NCBI GenBank assembly: GCA_965287045.1
Contig: OZ336874.1
Span: 37,634,001-37,698,000, forward strand
Length of the DNA: 64,000 nucleotides
Origin: Carcharhinus amblyrhynchos
Lineage: Eukaryota
Direction: 5' to 3'
Made by a program: the position numbers and the translations under genes. The notes beneath the pieces are model-generated. The model made no database searches. It was not told where the DNA came from and was given only the letters and a program-made list of their open reading frames with translations. The stretch's first letter is position 1, and the number at the start of each line of letters is the position of its first letter. This document shows positions 1 through 13,836 of the stretch, in pieces.

Positions 1-40
1 ATTCACAAATAACAAAATCAAGAGGTTTCAACAAAAGGTG

Positions 41-46
41 TTTATT
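41..46 (-). terminator. rps6: rps6 polyadenylation signal AATAAA
   Basis: TTTATT on + strand, 21 nt past the stop codon; short 3'UTR typical of ribosomal protein genes. Confidence 0.8.
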
Positions 47-67
47 TTGTCTATCCCATCAATATTT

Positions 68-184
<117 letters not shown>

Positions 185-737
185 TCAGATTAATATAAGG
201 GCACTACTGTACACCACTCAATATTACCTTTGCTGAGGCAACCTCTTTTGCAACAAAATGTTTAATCACAACATTTATGCAGTGTCTGCAATGTAGATGA
301 ATGTCAAAGTGACAGAAGTTGGAGGGAAGAAATAGTTGGAATAAAAAAAATGGGGTAGAGTTCAGGATGATCAGAAGCATTATGAAAGATAACTTTTATA
401 GACAGTGTAAGAATTAGGAAATTCCAGACCTTAAGGACAAAGATTAAAAGAATAAAGCTGAGGGCAGGGGATCACAGAGAAAATTGAAGGGCAATGATTT
501 AGAGGGGTGGGAGCTTTAAATTGATGTCCTCCCAGAACGTAGGTAACAGGGACAGGGTGAATGAGCCTTGGTGATGGGGGAAATTTGAGCAGCAGATTTT
601 TGGGTGAACTGAACTCTATAGAACATGTAGTATTAGAATTCTCATATCTGAGGACAACAAAGCTGCAGGGGTCTCCAGTGGACCTCATTTGATTTAAATA
701 TTGGAGAATCCAAGCACACAACCCTTCAGGACAGAAA

Positions 738-1294
<557 letters not shown>

Positions 1295-2214
1295 TTACTA
1301 CAAAACAAAGTATTATAACAATTCAAATATTTACAGAACAGAAATTCTACTGCACTAGATTGTCTACTTTTCTAGTCTCAAAGACAATCTTTACATTTTG
1401 AATATTCTTCAGTGCTACAATACCAAATTTCTGATTTGAACTGCAGCTGATGCATGGCAAGTAAAAGCAAAGTTTCATACATCACAGCAATGTTTTAAAG
1501 ACCGCTGTTTTTGAGAGAGTCTTGTTTGGGATATGCCTCAACAACCTTCTTGTATGGAGCACTTACAATGCAGTAAAACAGCCCAATGATTTCCAAATAA
1601 ATGTTGACACTGAACAATATAAGATGATGTTAGGACAAATGGTTAAAAGCTTGGTTAGAGGTAGATTTTAGTAAACATTCTAAAGGTGCAGAGATTGAGC
1701 TAGCCAACTGAAAGCACATCTGCCAATGACAGGAGATAAAACTCAGGATGCACCAAAGGCCAGAATGGGAGGACTAGAGAAATCCAACTCTTGTAGGTCT
1801 GGACAGGGCTATAAAGATAGGAAGGACAAGGCCACGGAGAGATTTGGAAATAAGGGCGAGAATTTCAAGATTTCCTTGAGAGACCAGTGAAAGTAAAAAG
1901 TTTAAAAGGTTTCTGGCAATGAATTGTGAAGTTGAAAAGATGGGCCAAAATCCTGCACAGCCCAACTGGCATATTTGGTAGTTAATGGGAGTCTTAACCC
2001 TGGCACTACAGAAGGCATCTGGATGTGGCACTGCCACTACTTTTTCACTGGCTTTTCCCCTCTTCCCCATCATGGTTTTACTATCTTCATTTTCAGACAT
2101 ACCTCTAGGGTGAGGCATGCAGTAGAAGTAACATGCACCTGCTGTATTTAACTTGTGGCACAAATAAATGCAACCTTTTAAAACCAAGCACTGCTCGACT
2201 GGGAGGCATTGTAT

Positions 2215-2496
2215 TAGAACTATAGAACCCTTACAGTGCAGAAAGAGGCCATCTAGTCTATCAATTCTGCACCAACAATCTGAAAAACGTCCCACTCCTC
2301 TGCCCTAAACCGTAATGACGCACATTTTCCATACCTAATCCATTTAAACTATACATCTTTAGACTGTGGGAGTACCTGGAGGAAACCCACACAGGCATGG
2401 GGAGAACGTGCAAGATCCACACAGACAGTGACCTAAAGCTGGAATTGAACCCAGGTCCTTGGCGCTGTGAGGCTGCAGAGCTAACCACTGTGCCAC
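2215..2496 (-). mobile_element. V-SINE (HE1-like)
   Basis: Reverse complement of the same family as 738-1047. Confidence 0.85.
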
Positions 2497-3074
2497 TGCA
2501 AATGCAGGGATGATGGGTAAACAAGACTGATGCAAGTCAGGATACGGGTAACAGTTCTAGATAAGTTCAGGTTTAGATGTTGGAGACCAGAGATAACAGA
2601 ATGGCCAAGTCAAGGGACGGTAAGGGTATGATGAAGGTTCCAGCAACAGCAATAAGCTGACCAGAGATGAAGTTAGGCGATATAACAGAGTGGAGGGGTT
2701 GACAGGCGGTCAGACACAGCTGGGTACTATCACAGTGTATGTGGAATCTGTGTTAATGAACTATGCTGTCAAGGGGCATTATGTAAATCAATAAATGAGG
2801 GGGCCAAGGACACATCTGTGATAAAAGTCAGACAATGATGTGGGAGCAGGTACTGATGCTGATTTTCTGACAATGATTGGACAGACAAGAAAGGAATCTG
2901 ATAGGAACAGGTCCCACCAAAATAGACAACATAGGGATGGTGTTGGAGAACAAGGATGAATAGGAAACTGGAGTCATAGTCAAATAGGATGTCACTGTTG
3001 ACGTTTAATACAAAGATGGGGCAAATACCAGAGTGAAAAAGTCTAAATGCAAAGCTGCAGGAAAGGGGAGCATG

Positions 3075-3505
3075 AATGTTTTTAAATCCATTCATGGGAT
3101 TTGGTTGTCGCTGTGGGGCTACATTTATTGCCCATCCCCAATTGCCAGAGAAAAGGTGTTGATGAATCATCATTTGAATACAACCAAGTGGCTTACTGGG
3201 TCTTTTCAGAAGGCAGTTAAGATTCAACCATAATGCTATTGGTCTGGTGCCACATATATAGGCCAGGGCAAGGACAGCAGATTTCCTTACCTAAAGGACA
3301 TTGGTAAACCAAATAGAATTTAATGGAACTATGATAGTTTCATGGCCACCATTACTGGTACTTGCTTCCTATTCCAGTTATTAAATTTACTTAAATGAAT
3401 TTGCATGTCCCCTCTGTCAGGGTGAGATTTGAACTTGTGTCTCCAGGTCTTCTGTACAAGCCTTTGGATTGCTAATCCATTAACGTAAGCACATTGTTTC
3501 TATTC
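3075..3505 (-). mobile_element. Second tRNA-headed shark SINE family with LINE-derived tail
   Basis: CATTTATTGCCCATCCC...AGATTTCCTTACCTAAAGGACATT...GAGATTTGAAC; related copies near 18610, 24140, 42080, 42490 and 57110. Confidence 0.65.
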
Positions 3506-3888
3506 CCTCATTCTGGGGGCAACGCATTCAGGATTGAAGAGAGAAAGGGCCGATGATGGTGCCTGAAGTAAGGGAGCTTATCAGTTAACATGGGGAGCAG
3601 GAAAGGAAGGTGAACAGGAATGGAAGTAGATGATTCACAGCAATAGCATATAGTTCACAAATCCAGCACAAAAAGGAACCAGAAGTGGGTCTCATGGACA
3701 AGGCGAGTTCATAAAGTAGATAACAGTAAAAGTAGGGAAGAAACAAGTTTAGTGCTAATGTGGGGAACCTCTGGCCTGATGGACCAAGGGAAGAAAGAAA
3801 GCAACAGAACTTTTGGATAAAGGTATATAAGCTCCTCACACACTTTTGGTGGTGTGGGTGGGGAAAACAGGGTAGGAGTTTAAAACTA

Positions 3889-4068
<180 letters not shown>

Positions 4069-5602
4069 TCAGAAAAAACACCATTGAGGAAATTGTACTT
4101 TCAAACACATTTCTCTATAATAATGTAATGCGGCCATTCAACATATGAAGAAACCCATTCCATTCTCCTGTTCTTGCTAATTTCTCTACTTCTCCTAGTG
4201 ACAGCTTTCACACAAACTCTCTGGTACTACGTTCAATCAGCAATTTTTTCCCACGTGCGCAAACTAGGGACAAGCAGGTAGCAAAGCAACCTCGGCTTTG
4301 CCAGATGTCCGTATATCCATACCTACAGCACAGATTACTGGATAGCAGACAATAGTGGGATCCTGAGCAAATTCTCCTCATCACTCTGACTGACACCACC
4401 AAACCTGGCACAATCTTGAACCTGAACCAGGGAGCTATATAGACACAAAGCTATCTATTCCTGCTGACAATAATGGAGTGCAGCATACAACATACGTTTG
4501 CAGTGTGATTTTTCTTTAACGATGTTGCTTGTAACACCAGCTGGATTCCTCAGGATTATGCATGCTGTATAAAGTAGCCTAAAACCTAAATCAATTTAAG
4601 CTTGTAGCTAGGGGGATTAAAACAATTATATTAGACTGGCTGGTTATAACACAAATTGGAATAGATTGGCATTGATATGGTAGCCAACAATGAGGTAAGT
4701 ACATGCTTCCAATACTACAGCACCAACCAGAGCTTCCTTTTGCATTACCTGACTCAGATACAATTGAACATTTCCAACATAATGCATCATCTCTCATGTG
4801 TTTTATTGACAAGGGAGCCAACAGTTATGAGTGAGACAGACAGGAATTTGGAGTGAGACCACAACCAGATCAGCCATGATCCTACTGAATGATGCGGCAG
4901 GCTCAAAAGGGCTGAATGGCCTACTCCTGCTCTTTGTCTCTGTTAATCTATTCAACACCACAATTCTAAGTTTGACTACCACTAGCTCTAATTGGAAACT
5001 GTGATGCACAAACATGAGCTGGATTCGTAAGTTGTGGCAATGCTGTCCCCACCAGCTTTATATTTAGAAAACCAGATAAACAGTCAAGCCCGTGCTTCAG
5101 AATATATCCTAGGTTCACAGCAGAAATAAATAAGATAGCAGTGATCTTGCAATTCAGAAGTCTGAAGAACAGTGATGGAAATAGCATGGGGATAAAAATT
5201 ACTCAACAGTCTTGAGCCCTAACCTGAAGGGAATGAGGTTAGTTCATAGGATAGAGATGCATTTTAACAGCAAATTCAGCATCACATACCAAAATAATGT
5301 CAAAGAATAGAAAATCCTATTAACTTGGTGTTCAAAACTGCAAGATTTTCATTAAGACAACTGCGTTTACAGCTCAAGCTTTAGACAGAGGGAAAAGAAA
5401 AAGGGAAATGACAAAAGGAGGAAAATGGGCCTGAAAAGGGTTTTGGCAATGGATTTGCAACGCACAATCCTCACGTCTGTCGCAAATTTCTAGATCGTGT
5501 TTTATGTCAATATATAAAGGTAACTTTTAGTTCTGGAAATATTGAAGGTTAACTGCAGAAAATGGAATAAGTGTAACTAAAGCAGCTTGAAATCTATTAC
5601 AC

Positions 5603-6777
5603 TGTAAAAGGTGGGGCCATGTTGACTTGAATGATTAACAGCTAAAAAGAAAAGATCCTCTAACAGCAAGTGGGCTTACTTAGCTAGAGTCGTGGTGCCT
5701 TAACTATGTGCAACGTGTAATCCAGAACATGATGTGTTTTGGGAGTTAAAGCTCTATTAGTTTAAAAGCATTCAGTGAACCTCAACATGCTACGTGACTA
5801 GAGTAATAGCTGATGTTTAAGGTGGTTTCAATTTATTTGCTTTTTCTGCAACAGTGAAGAGGATAACACGCTGCGGTTAGCAGGTTCCAAGCACTTAAAG
5901 GGCTAGGAACCGTTTAGTGCAGCTGCAAGTGGCGCTTTGGACTTCTGTGTTTGGAGCTGAGAGAAGCCCTGGGAGCTGTTGATTGGGATTAGAACTGCCA
6001 GAACATAAGAACATAAGAAATAGGAGCAGGAGTAGGCCATCTAGCCCTTCGAGCCTGCCCCGCCATTCAATAAGATCATGGCTGATCTGTCGTGGCTCAG
6101 TTCCACTTTCCCGCCCTCTCCCCATAACCCTTAATCCCCAGGGAGCTGAGAAGTTTGCTGGTTCTTTGCTGAAGGCAATTAGGGCTCAGAAGAAGCCAGG
6201 TAACCATTGATAGCTCACTGCTGACAGGAGATTGGGGTCTGGAGAAACCCCAGGCTAGCACCACATTAATGAAGCTAACTCTGTATGAAAATTGGATGCG
6301 TGCCAGTAATTAGAGGCACAATGCTGTTTCTGAATCCTGCTGAATGCAGTTTCAGGAGAGGTGAATGAACCATTGGGATGTGGACAGTAGCTGAGACAAG
6401 AGGGACTTGAGGGAATTCAAAAGCTAGATCTTCAAAAGTGAAGAGTTGAAATCCCTCCTCAGGGAGACAGTTTTACTGAGATTTTACGATTCATGGTGGT
6501 CACCAATGCCTGGGTGGGTTGCTGAGAAATCCAGGGGATGTCTTTTAATGTGCAATGTGGTATTTTCAACCATAGTTTGTCTGTTAATTCATTTACCTCT
6601 TGCGAATTATGAACATTAAGAATAGAAGGTAGACGTACATCGTTTTATCTTTCTGACTTCATAAACTTTGATTGTTAGAACTGTGAAATTGTGTTTTATT
6701 CTCTTAATTGGTAACTGCGATTTCAGACTTGGTCTACTTTGAACAGAAAGTTACTGGTCCACAGCCAGATGGTAACA
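5603..6777 (+). mobile_element. Probable solo LTR, interrupted by a CR1 3' tail
   Basis: TGTAA...GGTAACA ends, ACAC/CCAC flanks (imperfect TSD), internal GAGCTGAGA-type sub-repeats; left boundary uncertain. Confidence 0.4.
6002..6138 (-). mobile_element. Young CR1 LINE 3' tail fragment
   Basis: AACATAAGAACATAAG tail; nearly identical to 61421-61558. Confidence 0.85.
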
Positions 6778-7249
6778 CCACTTAATGTCCAAATGTCAAA
6801 GGGGATTGTGTGAGTGTCCCTGTTGTAAATATAGACTGTTTACAGGGGTCATCGTTTTAAGGATCAAAAGAAATCTGTATTTGGTGGCAGCAGCTCTATG
6901 GCAGCATTAACCAACATGAAAGCTAAACAATGCTATCACTGCCTGTATGTGAGAATTCAAGAAGAAATTAGGTATAGCTCTTGGGGCTAAAGGGATACAA
7001 GGAGATCAAGATATTGAATTTGATAATTAGCCATCAAAGGGCCTACTTTTGCTTCTAGTTTCTATGTAAAAAATGTATTTGAAAAGACGAATAGAAATTA
7101 AAGCAACTAACCGAATATGTAATAAGTTTAAAGAAGCTCCCACACTAAACAAAGAAATAGCACACTGAGCAAGTGTTTTCTAGGACATATGTATAAAAAC
7201 ACAGTGGGGTTAAAAGTAAAATTCTGTGCCTGGCTTTCTCACTTCCTAG

Positions 7250-8510
7250 ATAGAACGAAGAACAGTACAGCTCAGGAACAGGCCCGTCAGCTCACCAAGT
7301 CTCTGCTGACACAGATGCCTCTCTAATCTAACATTTTCTTGCATTTACACGGTCCATTTCCCTCCATTCCCTACCTATTCATGTATTTATCCACATGCCT
7401 CTTGAACGTTGTTATAGAATCTGCTTCCACCACTTTCTCCGGCAGCACATTCCAGCCATGAAATTCTGCTTTTAGTAGCCTTGCACCATCTGCAGTTCAA
7501 ATCAGAAAAACCTGCCCCTTACATCTTTCAAACTTTCCCCCTCTCACTTTCAACCTATGCCCCCAAGAAATTGAACCTTCGACCCTGGGAAAAAGACTGA
7601 CCACCCACTCTATCCAAGCCTGCCATAATCTTGTACACCTCTATCAGGTCCCCCTAATCCTCCGGCACGCCAGTGAAAACAATCCAAGTTTGTTCAGCCT
7701 TTCTTCATAGTCCATATCCTCCAAACCAGCAACATCCTGGTAAATTGCTTCTGCACCCTTTCCAATGCATCAACATCCTTCTGGTGATCAGAATTGTACA
7801 CAACAGTCCAAATGTGGTCTAACCCAAGTTCACACAGCTGCAACATGATTTTCCAATTTCTATATGCAATGCTCCAACCGACAAAGGCCAGCATGCCATA
7901 TGGCTTCTTGACCACCTTGTCCATCTGAGTGCCAGTTTCAGGGAATTGTGGATCCACACACCTACATCCCTCTGTATGCTAATATTTCTAAGACCTCTAC
8001 CATTTGCTGTATACTTTGCTTCTGCAGAAGACCTTCCAAATCACATCAGCTCATTTGTCCAGATTAAATTCCATCTGCCATCTTTCAGCCCAAGTCTCTA
8101 GCCGATTTATATCCTGCTGTATCCTCTGACAATCCTCCCCATTTTCTGCTACTCCCCCAATTTTTGTATCTGCAAATTTACTAATCAGACCACCTTTGCT
8201 TGCCTCCAAATCATTTATATGTATTACAAACAGAGGCTCCAGCACTGATTCTTATGAACACAACTTGTCACAGGTCTCCAGTTAAAAAAGTATTCTCCCA
8301 TACCTACTCTGCTTTCAGTGCCCAAGTCAGCTTGATATTCACCTTGCCAGCTCACCTTGGGTACCACTTGACTTCACCTTCTGTATCAGCCTGCCACAAG
8401 GAACCTCAAAGGCTTTACTAAAGTCAATTTATACAAAATTCTCTGCCCTGCCCAATTTTTCTTGTCACTTCCTCAAAGAACTCAATCACGTTTGTGAGAC
8501 ATGACCTCGT
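7250..8510 (-). mobile_element. CR1 LINE 3' fragment (degenerate ORF2 reverse transcriptase)
   Basis: ORF pieces INDLE..LISKFADTKIGG, WQMEFNLDK, DALERVQKQFTRM; 3' tail near 7250. Confidence 0.9.
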
Positions 8511-8514
8511 CTTC

Positions 8515-9118
8515 ATGATATTCTGGGTTTTATTAATAGGGGCACAGAGTACAAGAACAAGGAGGTTATGCAGAACTTATACAAGACACTAGTTACATCT
8601 TAGCTGGAGCACTTTGTACAGCTTTGGGTGCCACAACGTAGGACCCATGCGAAAGCATTACAGCAAGTGCACAGGAAGTTTACAGGAATGAGGACCTTCA
8701 GTTAGAGGATAAACAGAGATTGGGATATTTTTCCTTGGACAGAAGATGGCTAAGAGGAGATCTGATAAAGATGTTCAAAATCATGCAAGAATGGACAAGA
8801 GTAAATAGACTCGAAACTGCTCCCATTTACGAAAGAATGAAGCACAAGAGGGCACAGATTTAAAATGATTTGCAAAAGAAGCAAATGTGATGCAAGAAAG
8901 AACTTTTTCCACACTGAGTGGTTAGAGTTTGAAAAGTGCTGCCTGAAAGCGCGATAAAGGCAGGTTCAATCAAGATATTCAAGAACACATTAGATGATTA
9001 TTTGAATAGAAAGGATGAGCACGGTTACAGGGAAAGGCAGGAGAATGGAACCATGTCGTAATGCTCATGTAGAGGGCTCATGCAGACATGGTGGGCCGAA
9101 CGGCATCCTTCTGCACCC
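8515..9118 (+). mobile_element. Older CR1 LINE 3' fragment
   Basis: Degenerate ORF2 C-terminus (EYKNKEVM, RGDLIKMFKIM, RGHRFK) plus 3'UTR. Confidence 0.8.
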
Positions 9119-9124
9119 TAAATT

Positions 9125-9398
9125 CACAGAATCGCTACAATGCAGAAGAGGCCATTTGGTCCATAGAGTCTGCATCAACTCAGAGCTTCTTACCCAGTCC
9201 TTCGCCTCACCCTATCACCACAGCCAATGCACCTAACCTGCACATCTTTGGATTGTGGGAGGAAACCACAGCACCCAGAGGAAACCCACGCAGACACGGG
9301 AAGAACGTGCAAACTCCACACAGGCAGTCACCCAAGGCCAAAATTGAAATCAGGTCCCTGGCACAGTGAGGCAGCAGTGATAACTACTATGCCACCCC
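9125..9398 (-). mobile_element. V-SINE (HE1-like)
   Basis: V-domain and tRNA head in reverse complement. Confidence 0.85.
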
Positions 9399-9456
9399 AT
9401 AGCAGCAATTCTGTGGCAAACTCATGGTGTGAATTCAATCCCCCCGATCCCTTTCA

Positions 9457-9711
<255 letters not shown>

Positions 9712-9899
9712 TCAAAGGAGAGAGAATACCCTGCTCTTCTATGAACGCCAAGGGATCTTTTATGTCTATCTAAGGGGTAGACTAAACTCTGATTAGCCAC
9801 CTTCTCCTCCTAGACTCCAGGTTAGCCTTTATTGTAAATTGTTTTCTCTCTTCGGCTGTTATTCCTGTCTTTTAAGGAGAGAAATGATGTCGACAGATT

Positions 9900-11080
9900 T
9901 AAAAGAAAAACCCCTCGACCTAACTTGACTTTGCAAACCATCTCCAACCTCCTCTTCCTCACCAGATTTCTCCAGTTACCTCCAAAATACACTCCCATCT
10001 TGCTCAGAAATCAGCATGAATCTCTCCAATCAGGGTTCAGTGCCAATGACAGTCGCAAAACAGTTCTAATCAAAGTCACAAATGACCACCTATACCATTA
10101 TGACAAGGTAAACTGTCTGTATTTCGCTTCCTTAATCTGCCTGCAGCCTTTTAACACAGTTGACCTGCTGCCCATCTCCAAAACCTCCCTACCATCATCC
10201 AGATGATGCAACTGCTCTTGTGCTATCACTTGCCATGGCTTCTCTTCCGAGTCCCATTCCCACATCATTACCCCTCCCCACCTTATTAGATGCCTATTGC
10301 CCTCCACTTATTTCTCATCTACATGCTGTCCCTTAATGTTATCAGCTGAAGGCACAATGCTAGTTTTTAAATGCACGCTGAGGACATGCACCTCTTTCAA
10401 CTCCTCCACAGTTGCTATATTAGCAGACTGCTTATCCAACATCCAGTACTGGATAAGCAGAAATTTCCTCCAATTAAATATTGGGAAAACTGAAGCCATT
10501 GATTTCGGTGCCCACTCCAAAGCCTGCTCTTTAAGTATCAACTCTATTCCTTTTCTTGGTGACAGTCTAAGAAAGATCAAGCCAATCTAGTCTGCCTGCA
10601 AACTGTGTGTCATGTTGGATCCCAAGACGAATTTCTGATCTGTAAAAGAGCACCTTTTTCCACCTCTGTAACAGTGCTTGACTTTGCAGCTTAGTTCAGC
10701 TGTTGCCAAAACTCAGATTCATGCCTTTATTATTCTAAACTTGATTATTTCAACACATATCTGGCTGGTCTACTACAACCCCCTGTAATCTTTAGGTCAC
10801 CCAAGACTCTAAAACTTCTGTCATAACTTGGAGAACAGGACTGTGCTGCATGTTCATTGACCTGTTTTGGGTCCTGGTTAAGCAACATCTTGATGTTAAA
10901 ATTCTCATCCTCATTTTCAAATCCCTTGATGGTCTTGTTTCTCCCTTTCGCTAATCACCTCCCAACTCCACAACTCTCCCATATATGCTCCACCATTGAC
11001 AGCTGACTGTCATCACCTGGACCCAAAGGTCTGAATTACAACTCTGCACCACTATTGCAGAGTGTCTTCTTTAAGACACT
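9900..11080 (+). mobile_element. L2 LINE ORF2 relic
   Basis: ISNLLFL, LQSGF...TVLIKVTND, DCLSNIQYWISRNFLQLNIGKTEAI motifs typical of L2 reverse transcriptase. Confidence 0.85.
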
Positions 11081-11453
11081 CATCCGAAAAGGTACTGCCC
11101 TCACCACTGCTGCATTCTCAGCATTAAGTATGAGCATAAATCAGGTGAAGTCTTTCAAAAGAAAACTGAACCAACAACCTTCAGAGGGCAATTAATTAAT
11201 TAATCTCTGCTTATTTACAGCTCTACACACAATGCTGAAATATTCAAGTACATTTGATATCATAGGGCATTACAGAATTACAGTTGTGCTACTTTCCCTT
11301 TCAGAAAATATTATAAATTAGAAAGGCCAGACTTCACAACATAAAAAACCAGTTATATCATTCTTATACCTCAAACATATCTAGACTGATCACAAGGGAA
11401 TGTTCTCCATAAAAATTATTAGCCCAGTGGCAGGATAACAATTTAAAGACTAA

Positions 11454-11645
11454 ATAAAAAGCAAAATTCTGCTGATGCTGTAAATCAGAAATACAAAGTG
11501 CTGGAAACTCAGCAGGTCTGACAGCATCAGTGGGGAGAGCAACTCTTCTCCCAAAGAACAGTCAAATCAGACTCAAAAAATCTACTTTGTTTCTCTCTGT
11601 AGATCCTGCCCAACTTGCTGAGTTTTCCAGCACTTTGTTTTTATG
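11454..11645. mobile_element. Fold-back short element, probably Penelope-derived
   Basis: Arms ACAAAGTGCTGGAAACTCAGCA / TGCTGAGTTTTCCAGCACTTTGT; related pieces at 18095, 39385, 43815 and 60860. Confidence 0.55.
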
Positions 11646-11869
11646 GTAGGTTGACAGTTAGGCTGTGTGTCAACATTCCATATGGAAATCTTGCAAATCA
11701 TACTGGATTAGAAATTATCAGTATTCCTTCTCACTGATGCTGTGATCCTCTACAACTAAATCCAGATAAATTAACAACTTACAATGTTTTACTGCTATTC
11801 AAGGATTCTCCCTCACAACATACACAGCCAGTTTAAAAGATGCCAGTCTATTTCCGAAGTTGGATTTTT

Positions 11870-12420
11870 AAAAATTCTTTCATGGTATGTGGGTGAGAGC
11901 TAAGCCAGCATTTATTACCCATCTCTAATTTCCCCTGAGGTAGTGGTGCTGAGCCACCTTCTTGAACCTCTACTGTCTACATGGTGCAGGTACACCCAGG
12001 GCTGTTGGGAATGGAGTTCCAGGATTTTGACCTAGATACAGTGAAGGAATGGTGGTGTGTGTGACTTAAGACAAGAACCTGTAGGTAGTAGTATTCCCAT
12101 GCAGCTGCTGCCCTTGTCCTTCTAGGTGGAAGAGGTCACAAGTTTGGGAGGTTCAATTAAGGGAGCCTTGTCAATGGCAACCCCTAGGATGTTAATAATG
12201 GGGAATAATGCGATGGTAGTGTCACTGAATGCCAAGGGGAGATGCTTAGATTCTCTCTCATAGGAGATGATCATTGCTACATTAGTGTCAGGCATCACCA
12301 GTACTTGCCACTTATCAGCCCAAGCCCGAACGCTGTCCAGATCTTGCTGCACATGGGCAGAGTGTTTCAGTATCTGCAGTTACAAATGGTGAATGTTTTG
12401 TGCAAGCCGAGAACATCACC
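11870..12420 (-). mobile_element. CR1/L2-group LINE 3' fragment
   Basis: QQDLDSVRAWADKWQV RT motif; tail GCCAGCATTTATTACCCATCTCTAAT. Confidence 0.75.
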
Positions 12421-12550
12421 CTTAGGGAGTAATGGTCTGGGACTGAGATGACTGACCTCCATCAACCACAACCACTCTCCATTGTGTTACGTCTAACCCC
12501 AACCAACAGTTTCTCCCAATCCCTACTCCATCTACTCCAGTTCTGCTTTG

Positions 12551-12834
12551 TAGAATCCAACAGTGCAGAAAAAGGCCATTCAGCCCGTCAAGTCTGCAAC
12601 AACCACAATCCCACACAGGCCCTACCCCACATATTTACCCACTAATCCCTCTAACCTATGCATCCCAATCAACGTAGCACACACATCTTTGCACTGTGGG
12701 AGGAAATCAGAACACCCGGAGGAAACCCACGCAGACACAGGGAGAAGGTGCAAACTCCACACAGTGACCCAAGCTGGGATTTGAACTCAGGTCCCTGGAG
12801 CTGTGAAGCAGCAGTGCGAACCACTGTGCCGCCC
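12551..12834 (-). mobile_element. V-SINE (HE1-like)
   Basis: V-domain and tRNA head in reverse complement. Confidence 0.85.
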
Positions 12835-13007
12835 TTGGTCAAATGCAGACCACAAACTGAATGAGCAAGTTAAGTGCTGCTTGAAAACAATGTCAGAGAC
12901 ATCAACACCAAAAAGTGACACGTAATATTAAGCTTTTCATAAAGAAACCCTATATAAACATTCTGGATTGTATTGTCGGTAAGTACGTTAACTCCACAGT
13001 AAACCTA

Positions 13008-13409
<402 letters not shown>

Positions 13410-13569
13410 TCAATCCGCCGCCATCCGAGCGCTGAGAGCCGGCACGGACGGCCCAAGTGCCCTGGGGCGGTTGTGGGGAGGGTGAGGGTGTGAGGGAGGC
13501 CGGTTTGGATGGAGGGGGATGAGCCGATTGCCGCGGTCTGGAGCCCCGATCTATAACCCCCAACCTCAC

Positions 13570-13575
13570 CTTCAT
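13570..13575 (-). CDS. rps6: eS6 coding exon 1 (Met-Lys)
   Basis: CCGCC-ATG AAG-gtgagg: strong Kozak context followed by donor; completes the 750-nt CDS. Confidence 0.95.
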
Positions 13576-13610
13576 GGCGGAACACCAGCGCCACAGGCAG
13601 AGCCAGCAGT

Positions 13611-13616
13611 AAGAGA
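13611..13616 (-). promoter_or_regulatory. rps6: 5'TOP / TCT initiator (TCTCTT), probable rps6 TSS
   Basis: Pyrimidine tract ~40 nt upstream of the ATG, the spacing expected for vertebrate rps6. Confidence 0.7.
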
Positions 13617-13653
13617 CCCGGATGTCCTGTTCCGCGGAGCTCGTAGACGGAAA

Positions 13654-13663
13654 TCTCGCGAGA
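13654..13663. promoter_or_regulatory. TCTCGCGAGA palindrome (BANP/CGCG element) with neighbouring ETS-like cores
   Basis: Exact consensus ~40 bp upstream of the TOP; CCGGATGT at 13618-13625 and CGGAAA at 13648-13653. Confidence 0.75.
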
Positions 13664-13836
13664 GCGTGAGAGAGGCTGGGAATGAATGTAATAACTGTCT
13701 CAAATCTCCTCCCAACCTTCCCCAAGAGAAACAGTCCCAACTTCCCTACTCTATCAATATTAACCGCAGATCCTCATCCCTGCATTCAGGATCTTTAAAA
13801 CCTTCACATCTTTCCTTAAGTGTGGCTCCCAGAATT

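Noticed and set aside
7250-9118. Abutting opposite-strand CR1 pieces as a twin-priming inversion
   Set aside because: Both pieces contain the ORF2 C-terminus and have different tails and decay levels, so they are independent insertions
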